A stretch of DNA of 64,000 nt, from IMG/VR virus record IMGVR_UViG_3300047476_001386, positions 7,344 to 71,343 of that record. The stretch is one strand, 5' to 3'. The notes under the pieces were generated by a model. That model did no database searches. It was not told the DNA's origin and saw only the letters and a list, made by a program, of their open reading frames with translations. Shown here one piece after another: positions 8,094 to 17,612 of the stretch. The position numbers were made by a program, and so were the translations under genes. Position 1 is the first letter of the stretch, and each line of letters starts with the position of its first letter. The stretch comes from a virus.

Positions 8094-8455
8094 CGAGCCC
8101 TCTTGCGATAGGCAACTAGTCGATCGAGGTCAAAGCTACACTCCCAATCGGGATCAGCTGGACGCCAATATTTTACATGTTTCCAATTTATGTCTCCTGC
8201 TCGTCGCCTCTCGGAGCGCTGCTTATATTCATAGTAATGATCTGTAGACCACGTCTCTACAACAAGAAATTCCGGGCAGGGGCAGGGTCCCCCATCGTGT
8301 TTTACGGGAGGTTGATGTTCAATCCAGTCAGTCTGAACCCGAAGGGTTTCCTGCAAGGCAGCGTTCTCCTTCTCCAGTTCTTTGATCCTGCAGGTGTTTC
8401 TCCGAATGATGGCGTCCCGTCGCTCTAGTGCGCGGTCAAAAATATCGTCACTCAC
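8090..8455 (-). CDS. modular hypothetical protein (MSDDIFDR coiled coil + HxGxxCP domain)
   Basis: shares its N-terminus with the 8452 ORF and its domain with the 9218 and 9823 ORFs. Confidence 0.65.
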   Translation of the reverse strand: MSDDIFDRALERRDAIIRRNTCRIKELEKENAALQETLRVQTDWIEHQPPVKHDGGPCPCPEFLVVETWSTDHYYEYKQRSERRRAGDINWKHVKYWRPADPDWECSFDLDRLVAYRKRAR

Positions 8456-8750
8456 TGTTCAGTCTCCTTATCCACGGTCGCCAAAAAGTCCTGCACATCA
8501 GTCATATGGCGTGCTGCCTTTGGCCACTGATCCCGCTCAAAAAGTACCTTCCGAGCAGCAATAATGGTGTTATCAAGAACATTCCAATCACGATCACCTG
8601 GACCCCCTTGAACCCAGTCGTAATCTTCAACTACTGCCAACAGCATTTCTTCTAGGGCCTCAATCCTGAGTTTTTGCTTTTCGATAACGACGTCCCGTCG
8701 CGCTAGATTTACACGGTCAAAAATATCGTCACTCACTGTTCAGTCTCCTT
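8433..8750. repeat. 37-bp exact direct repeat at gene junctions (8433-8469 and 8714-8750)
   Basis: CGGTCAAAAATATCGTCACTCACTGTTCAGTCTCCTT occurs twice. Confidence 0.9.
8452..8736 (-). CDS. modular hypothetical protein (MSDDIFDR...KETEQ)
   Basis: flanked by the 37-bp repeat. Confidence 0.65.
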   Translation of the reverse strand: MSDDIFDRVNLARRDVVIEKQKLRIEALEEMLLAVVEDYDWVQGGPGDRDWNVLDNTIIAARKVLFERDQWPKAARHMTDVQDFLATVDKETEQ

Positions 8751-9050
8751 GTGGGGTAAGACAACAACTTCCTGCCCCGTTGCGTCAGCTAGTATTTTTA
8801 GGACTTTGTAGTGATCTTCACCTGGAATAAACGCGGCTGGAATCAGCCTAATAGCCTTCATGAGGCCCTCCTTCAGCGCCTTGATCTTCGCGGCGGATGC
8901 GGCCTGTCCGGCGCGATAGCCTTTCGTCATTTCCGGGATTCCCCAATCATGGTCAGCGTGGCCATTTTTGATGGCGTCCCAATACACAGGGTTTGTGTAT
9001 TCGCGGGCCCGCTTCCTCGCCCAGATCAGGGCTTCGTCGGGTTCAGTCAT
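8733..9050 (-). CDS. hypothetical protein (GC-rich 5' part) ending KETEQ
   Basis: ORF packing; visibly higher GC at ~8860-9050. Confidence 0.65.
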   Translation of the reverse strand: MTEPDEALIWARKRAREYTNPVYWDAIKNGHADHDWGIPEMTKGYRAGQAASAAKIKALKEGLMKAIRLIPAAFIPGEDHYKVLKILADATGQEVVVLPHKETEQ

Positions 9051-9225
9051 CTAATGTATCCTTTAAATAAATTTTAGGCGGAAACCGATCTCGGTACAGC
9101 CACTTGACGCCTCTAGCTCCTCGCACACCGGCTTCTAGTTGCTTAATGTAGATGTAAACTGGCTCTGGAACATTAAATTGTTTCATTTCCGTTCCTTCAT
9201 AGCAGGAAACAATAAACTCACTCAT
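9043..9225 (-). CDS. hypothetical protein
   Basis: GAGGAGG RBS. Confidence 0.6.
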   Translation of the reverse strand: MSEFIVSCYEGTEMKQFNVPEPVYIYIKQLEAGVRGARGVKWLYRDRFPPKIYLKDTLDD

Positions 9226-9526
9226 CTAGTGCCTCCTCAAGCATTCTGACAAGACGCCGCGCAAGAAACAGCGCGGTATACCCATCTACCTTTGAGCGCG
9301 ACTTTTTGTAGTCTTTAAGAGACGCCCGCAAAATACGAAGACTAAAGACCAAAGGACGACTAGGGGCTACCCAATATTCAGTAATGCGGCAACCTTCATC
9401 AGCGGGTCCCCAATACCAAAAATCTGCTCGCTCAAATCCGGGGTCTACCCAGTTACACCCAAAGCTTACCTTAACCATAGTGTCAGGAGGAACTGGGCAT
9501 TCATCCCCAGTATGCTTAACCCACAT
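9218..9526 (-). CDS. hypothetical protein with HTGDECPV domain
   Basis: paralogous to the 9823 and 8090 ORFs. Confidence 0.6.
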   Translation of the reverse strand: MWVKHTGDECPVPPDTMVKVSFGCNWVDPGFERADFWYWGPADEGCRITEYWVAPSRPLVFSLRILRASLKDYKKSRSKVDGYTALFLARRLVRMLEEALDE

Positions 9527-9833
9527 TGTAATTCTCCGAAAATTCAATTACTTTTTGTAGCATTGGCAGCTCCATAAGCTTCATATGACAGTCTCGCTTA
9601 TGCAACCCCATAGCCTTCGCTAGTTCTTTGTACGCTTTTGATCGGCTCATTTGTCCTGACTTCCATAGCCTATCAAAAGCTACGTGAGCCTTAATTCTAA
9701 CCGCATGAGTCTCCGCACTTACTAGTGGAGCATCCTCACCCCAAGACCATAGGCCGCAACACTCACGTCGCGGCCCGTAATGGGTTATTGTAACTGCTGG
9801 AATTGCCCCACAAGTTGGACAATTACTTGCCAT
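9516..9833 (-). CDS. zinc-finger protein (DUF3268-like)
   Basis: CPTCG...ECCG...R.KAH.AFD.LWKSG..SRS.AY..LA..MG....CH. Confidence 0.7.
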   Translation of the reverse strand: MASNCPTCGAIPAVTITHYGPRRECCGLWSWGEDAPLVSAETHAVRIKAHVAFDRLWKSGQMSRSKAYKELAKAMGLHKRDCHMKLMELPMLQKVIEFSENYNVG

Positions 9834-10236
9834 TAAGTACATATCCGAGTAGAAACTCAGCACGATCACACAAATCCTCGGGCCTTGAAGTTGCCGGAGT
9901 CGCAGCAACCGCCAGCTTCAGGCACTCCAGTCGCAGGGCGACGAGGTCGGGTTCGGGCTTGGTCGGGCCGTGGTGGTCGTCGCCACAATAGGCCAGTGCT
10001 GCTGCTTTCTGCTCGTCGGTAAGCGTTGCAATGAAGCCAGTCATCTCAGGCTCCGGGGGCTTGGCGGGGGTGATGATGCGGTAGTGGGTGATAGACCACT
10101 CCTCACCTTTTGTGGCCCAATCCATAAAACGCGACTTCACTATGGCGACGTCACCATCGCAAAACAACACCTGCACCACCGTCTCCGGGTCTACCGGGCA
10201 GGTGTCGCCGGTGTGTTCGATCATCCAGTCCATCAT
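9823..10236 (-). CDS. modular hypothetical protein with HTGDTCPV domain (GC-rich)
   Basis: AAAGGAGA RBS; GC-rich segment ~9870-10230. Confidence 0.65.
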   Translation of the reverse strand: MMDWMIEHTGDTCPVDPETVVQVLFCDGDVAIVKSRFMDWATKGEEWSITHYRIITPAKPPEPEMTGFIATLTDEQKAAALAYCGDDHHGPTKPEPDLVALRLECLKLAVAATPATSRPEDLCDRAEFLLGYVLNGK

Positions 10237-10544
10237 TGTGTCTCCTTTCCAGCTTTGTATGCAGCAAGTGCATAAACCATAATGCATTCACCGTCTAGTT
10301 TACCCTCTAGAAAGTCCTCAGGCTCCATAACGGACCACCTACGTTTAGCAGATTCTTCGGCAAGAACCTTACGTACCACAAGTAGATCGGGATCAATTGG
10401 CTTCCAGCCTGCCCTAGTAAGACGAATTGCCTCTAAAGCAATCTCAACCGCTGGGTCGCAATAAGGTCGAGATTGATTATACCTTCGGGTCGCTTCCATT
10501 AGAATTTCGTAGTCTTCCGTAGTTGTCATTAAACTTCCATTCAT
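10233..10544 (-). CDS. hypothetical protein ending KETQ
   Basis: ORF packing; DPDLL motif shared with the 9823 ORF. Confidence 0.6.
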   Translation of the reverse strand: MNGSLMTTTEDYEILMEATRRYNQSRPYCDPAVEIALEAIRLTRAGWKPIDPDLLVVRKVLAEESAKRRWSVMEPEDFLEGKLDGECIMVYALAAYKAGKETQ

Positions 10545-10665
10545 TCTGTATTATACCCCAACGTAAGGAGCCTGTCAAATATAATAACAGGCCACAATCC
10601 AAACTATAACTAATATGACTAAAAGGCCGCTTCCCGGAAGAAGCAGCTGAGCCAAAAAGAATGCA

Positions 10666-10977
10666 CTAATAGCGCTTAACGCCAGTACCGTCATAGTACC
10701 ACTTTCTATTTTCAGGGTCCAAGAAATACGTATATGCCCTAGAGAAAAGCCATTCCTTGTCCTTAGGGTCAATTCCTGCAAGAAGTCGCATATCCTTGTG
10801 TGCGCTTTCTCGCATAGATAGAATAGCTCCAAGGCCAGACCAGTGGTCTAGCTTTTCTCCAGCACGAAAATGCTCCACAATGGGAACCTTTCCATACTTA
10901 TACTCTAGATAATCGCCACCAATCTTAATCAGGGCCTCATCAGTCAGTTCACTAAGAATCACGTACAATCTCCTCAA
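10666..10977 (-). CDS. hypothetical protein
   Basis: GAGGAG RBS. Confidence 0.55.
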   Translation of the reverse strand: MRRLYVILSELTDEALIKIGGDYLEYKYGKVPIVEHFRAGEKLDHWSGLGAILSMRESAHKDMRLLAGIDPKDKEWLFSRAYTYFLDPENRKWYYDGTGVKRY

Positions 10978-11644
10978 GTGTGAAGGGTGAATCTACCATA
11001 TAATTTCCGCCAATCAATCTAGCGGGTTCTCCGGGTCTTGCGGGGGCGTATTCTGGATTAACGCCGCAAAGATCAGCAATATGCTTATTACTAGCAACAT
11101 GGAAGCCTAAATCGTATGTGCCTTGAGGCTTTTTAAGTAGTGCCTTACATACATCTACAACATGCACGTAAGTTCGAATGGCGGTTCCATCCGGAGTAGG
11201 ATAGTCGTTTCCATAGATTACAGGATTAGATTCCCGCTTAAAAATAGGAATTAGCCGTCTATTGTGATCTTTTACTTTTTCCGTGCCCCCAGCTACGTTA
11301 AAAAGCCGGAATACAGTATACTTGGAATATTGCTGGACCAACCTTTCGGCCATAGCCTTACTGACTCCGTAAGGATTGATAGGCCCCGCTCCTTCGCCGT
11401 ACACAGCGGCGCTACTAGCAAATACATAGTGATCGGCCTCCACTTTTCCAGGCCAGTATGTATTATTTTGAATATACATTTCTGGGTTCTTAACAGACTC
11501 AGTTACTGAGTGATATGCTGCTAGATCAAAGACTACATCATATGATTTAGTAACTGAGTCCCCTTGATCTACAATGTCAGCCTCAATAAACTCTCTGAGT
11601 ACGGAGCCAATAAAGCCCTTACCTCCTAGAATGAGATACCTCAC
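10952..11644 (-). CDS. NAD-dependent epimerase/dehydratase (GalE-like extended SDR)
   Basis: GGKGFIG Rossmann motif, SSAAVYG, YGVSK catalytic YxxxK, YGNDYPTPDGTAIR. Confidence 0.9.
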   Translation of the reverse strand: MRYLILGGKGFIGSVLREFIEADIVDQGDSVTKSYDVVFDLAAYHSVTESVKNPEMYIQNNTYWPGKVEADHYVFASSAAVYGEGAGPINPYGVSKAMAERLVQQYSKYTVFRLFNVAGGTEKVKDHNRRLIPIFKRESNPVIYGNDYPTPDGTAIRTYVHVVDVCKALLKKPQGTYDLGFHVASNKHIADLCGVNPEYAPARPGEPARLIGGNYMVDSPFTLEEIVRDS

Positions 11645-12067
11645 CTATTGGCTCCGTAAACTAGTGCAATAATGAAAACTGTGTACGCAATTCCTGCAAT
11701 ACCTAGCAAAGGATTAATAACTATTACTCCTGCATAGATACACATGGCGAGAGTAAACGCCATAAACATATTCTTATCCATTGTCTAGTTCCCACTTTAG
11801 CACTTTGTCAATATTCTCTTGTGCAACTCGGTAGACATAACCACTAGGTGCTGCCGAGTTTCTAATATGCACTAAAACTCCCTTAAGCTCTTGAATTAGC
11901 CTAAGTGCTTCCTTCAATTCTGTATCCATAATTCACCGTCATCCAATCTTCTAAACAATTTTGTTCATTTATTAAGGGGCATCCGTCACCGTATTTAGAG
12001 ATCATCCGTTCTTTCCACCAGGGGTAGAATTCTGATAGGATTTCTTCCTCAGTAAATGATCTATTAT

Positions 12068-12436
12068 TTAGGGGTGCCCAGTATCTAACCATTTCTTTAC
12101 CTTTACTGCATCTGTGGGTGTTACCCCAAATCTCCAATCTACAAGGTAGTTGGGTCCAATCTCGTCACTAGAAACTATCAATACGAAAGTATCTACAGTA
12201 TTATTGTCTAAATAATCTACTGGATCAGCAATCGTAACTGGTAATCCAACTGCAGCAGTCAATTCAGCCGCAGTAAATGGAGAGCTTCGAGCCACCAGAG
12301 TAGCCCCCGAATCCTCCGCAATATTTTTCAATACTACACAATTCCATGAAGCTAACATAGAGGGATCCTTAAAGATCTCCTCTACGTCATCTCCGACAAC
12401 TAGTACACCTACTACGTCGAAAAATACTACTTTCAT
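12068..12436 (-). CDS. degenerate HAD-domain protein (Swiss-Army-knife RNA-repair HAD-like)
   Basis: MKVVFFDVVGVL resembles KVIFLDxDGVL; second catalytic Asp absent. Confidence 0.5.
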   Translation of the reverse strand: MKVVFFDVVGVLVVGDDVEEIFKDPSMLASWNCVVLKNIAEDSGATLVARSSPFTAAELTAAVGLPVTIADPVDYLDNNTVDTFVLIVSSDEIGPNYLVDWRFGVTPTDAVKVKKWLDTGHP

Positions 12437-12768
12437 TTTTCCTTATAGAAGTAATGGTTTCCAATTTTAATCTTGAAATCCATACTCTTTGCCCAGTAGG
12501 GTCGCTTTCCCGAGTGGAAATGCGTAGCCCCATATGTAACATCTAAAGTTGGGTTATTCCATACATACCTAGCAACAGATTGAGCAACAATCCATGCCTG
12601 TCCATATGGGGCTTTTCTTGATCCGCATTTCCAGCTAAATTGGCTGCACGTAATAACCTTACAGGGTTTACCCCTATTCAGAATAACATACGCAACAGCC
12701 TTTTGGCCTAATGTAGACTCACCACGAGCCTCATAATATACAGCCTGTGCTAAGCAGTCTAATTGCAC
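12433..12768 (-). CDS. cell-wall hydrolase (SleB / Hydrolase_2)
   Basis: CLAQAVYYEARGE...QKAVAYVILNR...QFSW...GATHFH...IGNHYFY. Confidence 0.9.
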   Translation of the reverse strand: MQLDCLAQAVYYEARGESTLGQKAVAYVILNRGKPCKVITCSQFSWKCGSRKAPYGQAWIVAQSVARYVWNNPTLDVTYGATHFHSGKRPYWAKSMDFKIKIGNHYFYKEK

Positions 12769-12959
12769 TACAGAATTAGCTCTGCCTGCCTCTTGCGCTC
12801 TCGCACAATAGCTGCCTTGAGCTTTCTACGACGCCGTTGACTCGGCTTTTCGTAACGCTCCTTTTCAGCCAATTTCGCGAACATTCCATCCTCTGCTAGC
12901 TTTCGCTTTAGAGTCCGAAGCGCGCGATCCAGCTTATTACCTTTAACTTGTACTTGCAT
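12768..12959 (-). CDS. rpsU: ribosomal protein bS21
   Basis: MQVQVKGNKLDRALRTLKRK...YEKPSQRRRRK..AA..R. Confidence 0.9.
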   Translation of the reverse strand: MQVQVKGNKLDRALRTLKRKLAEDGMFAKLAEKERYEKPSQRRRRKLKAAIVRERKRQAELIL

Positions 12960-13179
12960 TAATCATTTCCATAAAATCGGAGCATCCACCAATGTGGTCT
13001 CCATCAATAAAAATTTGGGGAGCAGTCTTTGGTACACTACCCGTCCAGTCTATCCATTCCCATGTACTGGGTTCGTAGAAATCACTCTCTACAATCTCAT
13101 AATTTAGCTCACGAGCAAGTTCCTTTGCTTTATCACACCATTTACAGTTAGGAATCGTATATATTTCAAACATTACCAT
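12943..13179 (-). CDS. glutaredoxin
   Basis: CKWC active site; TAPQIFIDGDHIGGC. Confidence 0.9.
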   Translation of the reverse strand: MVMFEIYTIPNCKWCDKAKELARELNYEIVESDFYEPSTWEWIDWTGSVPKTAPQIFIDGDHIGGCSDFMEMINASTS

Positions 13180-13187
13180 GCCTCAGC

Positions 13188-14282
13188 TTAAAAGTCAAAT
13201 ACTTTTTTATTTACAATCGGTTTATCTCTCAGAGTATACCAACCTTTTCCATTATATATATTTCTAACAGACTCAAAGTAATCCTCATATTGAGGTTTAA
13301 TTGCCTCTAGGCTAAAATTAGCAACAGCAAACTTTCGACATACTTGAGGATCAATATTGTCAATGTTCTTGGCAGCCCACACAAAATCCCCAAAGTTACG
13401 GCATCTATACCCTGTAACTCCATGAATATTGTTCTCAGTAAAAGCACCCCAATCTGTTGTAATTGTGGGAGTTCCACTAAGTAGGCACTCTACCTGAACA
13501 CCTCCAAAAGGCTCATTATATAGCGATGGAACAAAAGCTGCTCTAGCGTGAGCCATTAGCCGCTTTCGGGTTTCATAATCCGCATAACCAACAAACTCGA
13601 CATGAGAGGGACACTCCGTGTACCCCATAGCCTCTAGCGATCCTTGTCCAGCTATCTTTAGCTTAACGCCAGCTTCTTTAGCGGCCTGAATAGCAATATG
13701 AACGCCTTTACCATCGTATACACGCCCTAGAAATAGAAAGTAGTCTTCCTTAAATCCAACCTCAAAATCATTAACATCGAAATAATTAGGAATAACTACA
13801 TCATACCAGTCCTGCTTACACGTTCCTACAGATTCGAGGCCATAGTAAGCATGATAAATGGCGTAAGACTCAAAAACTTTAAATCGAGCCCAGTGTCCAC
13901 CAGCATACCCAATTCCGGGCTCGATAGTAATTAGATCAGGGTGCGCATCGCACACAGGTCTAACTCCAGCGCCCCAAAATGGCAGAATAATGTCGCCGGG
14001 CTGTTTTCTAAGCCCAATCTCTCTAATGGCATTCTTAAAGAAAGTCTGATATGCATGATCGTTCATATCAAACTGAAAAAAGTTGGTGCGCCAATCGTAA
14101 TTATAAGCTTTTGCTAGGTCCGCATTGGTAGTAACGGGTACGTTATTTGGAACTGTAGAGTCTTCATGCCCATAATGGATAACATCCATCATGGAGCAGA
14201 ACTTTAGCACTTTTTGAGTATACGCACACGCAGTATAGTCTTTACTAGTGACTGTATGTGGAAGGCCTAGTACATGTATCAT
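13188..14282 (-). CDS. GT-B (GT4-like) glycosyltransferase
   Basis: [28 protein letters not shown]; probable start ATG 14282. Confidence 0.9.
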   Translation of the reverse strand: MIHVLGLPHTVTSKDYTACAYTQKVLKFCSMMDVIHYGHEDSTVPNNVPVTTNADLAKAYNYDWRTNFFQFDMNDHAYQTFFKNAIREIGLRKQPGDIILPFWGAGVRPVCDAHPDLITIEPGIGYAGGHWARFKVFESYAIYHAYYGLESVGTCKQDWYDVVIPNYFDVNDFEVGFKEDYFLFLGRVYDGKGVHIAIQAAKEAGVKLKIAGQGSLEAMGYTECPSHVEFVGYADYETRKRLMAHARAAFVPSLYNEPFGGVQVECLLSGTPTITTDWGAFTENNIHGVTGYRCRNFGDFVWAAKNIDNIDPQVCRKFAVANFSLEAIKPQYEDYFESVRNIYNGKGWYTLRDKPIVNKKVFDF

Positions 14283-14431
14283 CCAAAGGTCCACTTTCTT
14301 TTTCTTAGGTAGTAAACCTGATTATAAATCGATTTTTCTGTTTTACCTGGAAAATGCTCAAGAAGCTCGTTCATTGGCATCGTTCCAAATAACTTTTTGA
14401 GTCGGCATTTTTCTTCCCAAGTCCATCGCAT
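14279..14431 (-). CDS. small Myb/HTH-like protein (50 aa, MRWTWEEK...[11 protein letters not shown])
   Basis: open frame after a promoter; ATGA overlap with the glycosyltransferase. Confidence 0.6.
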   Translation of the reverse strand: MRWTWEEKCRLKKLFGTMPMNELLEHFPGKTEKSIYNQVYYLRKRKWTFG

Positions 14432-14437
14432 TCATGT

Positions 14438-14513
14438 ATTATATACTAAATGGCATAAAAAGTCAAGAATCATTTTTTAGTTCTTGACATTTGTACCGAC
14501 ATAGGGTAGTATA
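14438..14513. promoter_or_regulatory. divergent sigma70 promoters at the strand switch
   Basis: minus strand TTGACT...TATAAT (14466-14438); plus strand TTGACA at 14484. Confidence 0.7.
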
Positions 14514-14517
14514 GGGA

Positions 14518-14709
14518 ATGTTAAATATTGAGAAGGAAAACGGCCTAGTTACAATCTCAGTAGTGGGACCCAAAGGTAAAAACCTGCAGGTTCCTTATCA
14601 AGTTTGTACGCTAGAAGAATATCATAGCCCAAGCGAGATGTCAAGTAACTATTGGGCGCATTATGGATTTAATCCTTTTGGAGATGAAAATGACTCGTAT
14701 TGTTATTGA
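14518..14709 (+). CDS. hypothetical protein
   Basis: first ORF after the promoter. Confidence 0.5.
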   Translation: MLNIEKENGLVTISVVGPKGKNLQVPYQVCTLEEYHSPSEMSSNYWAHYGFNPFGDENDSYCY

Positions 14710-14986
14710 TGGGGGATTTGGAGAACATTTCCGCCTTTCTGACGCTGCTGTACAACTTTATGAAGAACTATCTGGAAGTACTCTAGATAATCATGCAGAT
14801 ATTGATCGTTCGGACCCTATTCTACTTCAAGTTGTTGATACACTCGGACTTAGAAATGCCGAGGGACCCGACTGTATGTTTTGTATAGTTGAAGTAGCTG
14901 CAGGAACTCGGTATTGCATTATTACTGATGATGTACTTCCTGAGTATGTAGTAACTGAGTTTGACCTGGATAAGGTAGCTACTTAA
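14684..14986 (+). CDS. hypothetical phage protein
   Basis: F.LSD.A...Y and DIDRSDPILLQVV motif typical of a phage family; GGAG RBS. Confidence 0.65.
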   Translation: MKMTRIVIDGGFGEHFRLSDAAVQLYEELSGSTLDNHADIDRSDPILLQVVDTLGLRNAEGPDCMFCIVEVAAGTRYCIITDDVLPEYVVTEFDLDKVAT

Positions 14987-15037
14987 AAAATAGTTCTTGA
15001 CTTTTTGAGCTATCTGATATATACTTATGACTGTTCG

Positions 15038-15424
15038 ATGTACAAGATATGTAAAAGTTGTAATAAAGAAAAATTAAAACAAGAGTTTCATTCTAATGGT
15101 ACCACGACAAGGGGTACCAAAAAATATAAACCAATATGTAAAGAATGCACTAATAAAAATAGTGGACTAATAAAACAGTCAAAAATAAAACAAGTATTGT
15201 CTAGCTTAAATAGAGACTACGCTTGTGAGCTATGTGGATATAATAAAAATTATGCTGCTTTATGCTTTCATCATGTAGACTCATTGCATAAGAGCTTTGC
15301 TATTTCTGAGAAAAGCTGGACAGCTTCTATATCTTCTCTACAACTAGAAATAGACAAATGTGTAGTATTATGTGCAAATTGTCATGCTGAAGTACATAAT
15401 CCTACTTTAGAGAATTCCGTTTAA
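15038..15424 (+). CDS. free-standing HNH endonuclease
   Basis: CxxC...CxxC, CELCGY...LCFHH...KCVVLCANCHAEVH; AT-rich. Confidence 0.85.
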   Translation: MYKICKSCNKEKLKQEFHSNGTTTRGTKKYKPICKECTNKNSGLIKQSKIKQVLSSLNRDYACELCGYNKNYAALCFHHVDSLHKSFAISEKSWTASISSLQLEIDKCVVLCANCHAEVHNPTLENSV

Positions 15425-15718
15425 CATCTATAAAAAACAATATTGGACACCGGGGCAGTACCGGTTACCTCCACCATAGATATACAGGAAGATGCGGCCG
15501 CATAATTAAAGGTATAGTAACCTTGCTACTGTATATTCATCATGGGGGTAAAATAGATCTCGACAATTTTGTGTAATAAATAGACTAGGAATCGGTAAGA
15601 AACGACCGCTAATCAGTTCAAATTTATAACTGCTAACGACAACGATAGCATTGAGGCATACGCTCTAGCAGCGTAAGTACTCTTGGGTTTAGCGCCACCT
15701 AGAAACAGAACGGGGCAA
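15411..15718 (+). ncRNA. ssrA: circularly permuted two-piece tmRNA; tag (A)ANDNDSIEAYALAA at 15632-15676
   Basis: acceptor piece with GGCAGTA T-loop ending TACCTCCACCA (15476) precedes the coding piece starting GGGGGTA (15544); G3-U70; 3' pseudoknot-like GGGTTTAGCGCCACCTAG...GGGGC. Confidence 0.9.
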
Positions 15719-15770
15719 CAACAAGCCGTCCAAGATTACCTTGGACGGCTTACCCTTCTGGAGTTTGAAT

Positions 15771-16592
15771 ATGAAAATTGCACTTGGATCAGACCTTCAC
15801 CTAGAATTCGGAGATATCGAGATTCCTAACGATTTGGGAGCCGATGTTCTCATTCTATCGGGTGATATCATGGTAGCTCATTCGCTGCATGATTGGCCGA
15901 TTGATCGCCCCTCAGAGGGCGGAAGAAACCAAGGTCAAGCTGTACGCTTTCGTGGCTTTCTAAAGCGTGTTAGTACCGACTATACTAGTGTAGTTATTGT
16001 TGCTGGTAATCATGAGTTTTACCATGGGCGTTTCCCAGAAGCTTATGATTGGCTTCGCGAAGAAGCTGCTAGGTATCCAAATGTACACTTTCTACAAAAT
16101 AGTAGCGTAGTTATTGATGGGATCACGTTCCTGGGGGCAACTCTTTGGACTAATATGAATAAGCAAGATCCTACTACCCTTCATCTTATCGAGAATATGA
16201 TGAATGATTTTAGGCTTGTTAAGCGTGGCGCACAGCATAACTATCGTAGGTTTTCCCCACAAGATGCAGTACAAGAGCATCTAAAAACTCTAGCGTACTT
16301 TAAGGAAGCTCTTGCAGCCCCTGGAAAGTATGTTGTAGTTACTCACCATGCTCCTACTGCCCTTAGTATTCATCCTCAATATAAGGATGATACTATTATG
16401 AATGGCGGATACCACAGTGACCTCTCTGAGTTCATTTTGGACCATCCACAGATTGCTCTGTGGACTCATGGACACGTTCATAATCCGGTGACTTACAATG
16501 TTGGAAACACCATTGTAGCCTGTAATCCTCGTGGGTATATTGGCCACGATCCTAACGCTAACAACTTTCAACTTCAACTTATCGAGATTTAA
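15771..16592 (+). CDS. metallophosphoesterase
   Basis: SDLH, SGD, GNHE, THH and HGHVH motifs. Confidence 0.9.
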   Translation: MKIALGSDLHLEFGDIEIPNDLGADVLILSGDIMVAHSLHDWPIDRPSEGGRNQGQAVRFRGFLKRVSTDYTSVVIVAGNHEFYHGRFPEAYDWLREEAARYPNVHFLQNSSVVIDGITFLGATLWTNMNKQDPTTLHLIENMMNDFRLVKRGAQHNYRRFSPQDAVQEHLKTLAYFKEALAAPGKYVVVTHHAPTALSIHPQYKDDTIMNGGYHSDLSEFILDHPQIALWTHGHVHNPVTYNVGNTIVACNPRGYIGHDPNANNFQLQLIEI

Positions 16593-16593
16593 A

Positions 16594-16902
16594 ATGCTAA
16601 AGTATATTCTAGCAGCTGTTATTTTTGCTACGCCTGCAGTGGCAGCAACTCCTATTTGTACGGCCCAAGAGTCTTACGCTAGGTTTATTATGACCGAACG
16701 TCAAAAAGGTACGGCCCTTATTGATATCGTAGACTCCCTCACTAGGGCTGTTGTTGAGAGTTCGGCAAGCGGTACTGTAGTGAGTAACATGCTTGTTATC
16801 ATTACTGCTGCTTATAGGCGTCCTATTGTTGCTGAAAAGCAACAAGCTATTAATGATTTTAGTAAGGCCGTATACAATATCTGCGAGTCTTCACATACTT
16901 AA
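16594..16902 (+). CDS. hypothetical exported protein
   Basis: signal-peptide-like N-terminus (MLKYILAAVIFATPAVA). Confidence 0.65.
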   Translation: MLKYILAAVIFATPAVAATPICTAQESYARFIMTERQKGTALIDIVDSLTRAVVESSASGTVVSNMLVIITAAYRRPIVAEKQQAINDFSKAVYNICESSHT

Positions 16903-16978
16903 GCCGGCTTAGCTCAGTAGGTAGAGCGTCTGTTTTGTAATCAGAATGTCGTGGGTTCGATTCCTGCAGCCGGCACCA
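16903..16978 (+). tRNA. tRNA-Thr(TGT)
   Basis: cloverleaf with encoded CCA. Confidence 0.95.
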
Positions 16979-16983
16979 TTTAG

Positions 16984-17045
16984 TAATAGGGGTCCTTGCG
17001 GCCCCTATTATTTTTCTTGACATTTATAGCTTCGGAGCCTATAAT
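16984..17045 (+). terminator. terminator hairpin followed by a TTGACA-N17-TATAAT promoter (17017-17045)
   Basis: TAATAGGGG...CCCCTATTA-TTTTT, then a consensus promoter. Confidence 0.75.
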
Positions 17046-17051
17046 AGTCTC

Positions 17052-17612
17052 ATGAACATTTTTGTACTAGACGAAGATTTTGATACCTGTGCGGAATACC
17101 ATATTGACAAGCATATTGTCAAGATGCCTCTAGAAGCCGCGCAGCTTCTTTGCTCCGCACATTGGATTAGTCAAGTAGGTTTTATTCCCCGCAAGATTAC
17201 TCCTACCGAACGTGCCGAAGCACAAAAGCTAGTTACTAGTGATTTTTATGGTATGACCCACTATAATCATCCTTGTGCTATCTGGGCTCGTTCTAGTCTA
17301 GATAACTTCGAGTGGCTACATTGCTATGCCAATGCTCTCAATTCAGAGTATGGCTATCGCTACGGAGGTAAGTCTCATAAGTCACTAGGAGTTGTCAACC
17401 GACTTCCCATTCCGAATATTCCTCGGCTTGGCCTTACTCCATTTGCTCTAGCTATGCCGGACGAACTTAAGTCTGACAATGCAATTGAGTCCTATAGAAT
17501 GTTTTATATGCTTGACAAGAGTCCTTTTGCTTCTTGGAAGTATAGGTCTCCCCCACCTTGGTGGGACTCCTCAATTACTGATGGAGTAGAAACGAGGATT
17601 AGTAGACGATGA
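17052..17612 (+). CDS. pyrimidine-dimer DNA glycosylase / DenV-related family protein
   Basis: MNIFVLD...A.YH.DKH.VKM.LE.AQLL...H.NHPC.IW motif. Confidence 0.75.
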   Translation: MNIFVLDEDFDTCAEYHIDKHIVKMPLEAAQLLCSAHWISQVGFIPRKITPTERAEAQKLVTSDFYGMTHYNHPCAIWARSSLDNFEWLHCYANALNSEYGYRYGGKSHKSLGVVNRLPIPNIPRLGLTPFALAMPDELKSDNAIESYRMFYMLDKSPFASWKYRSPPPWWDSSITDGVETRISRR

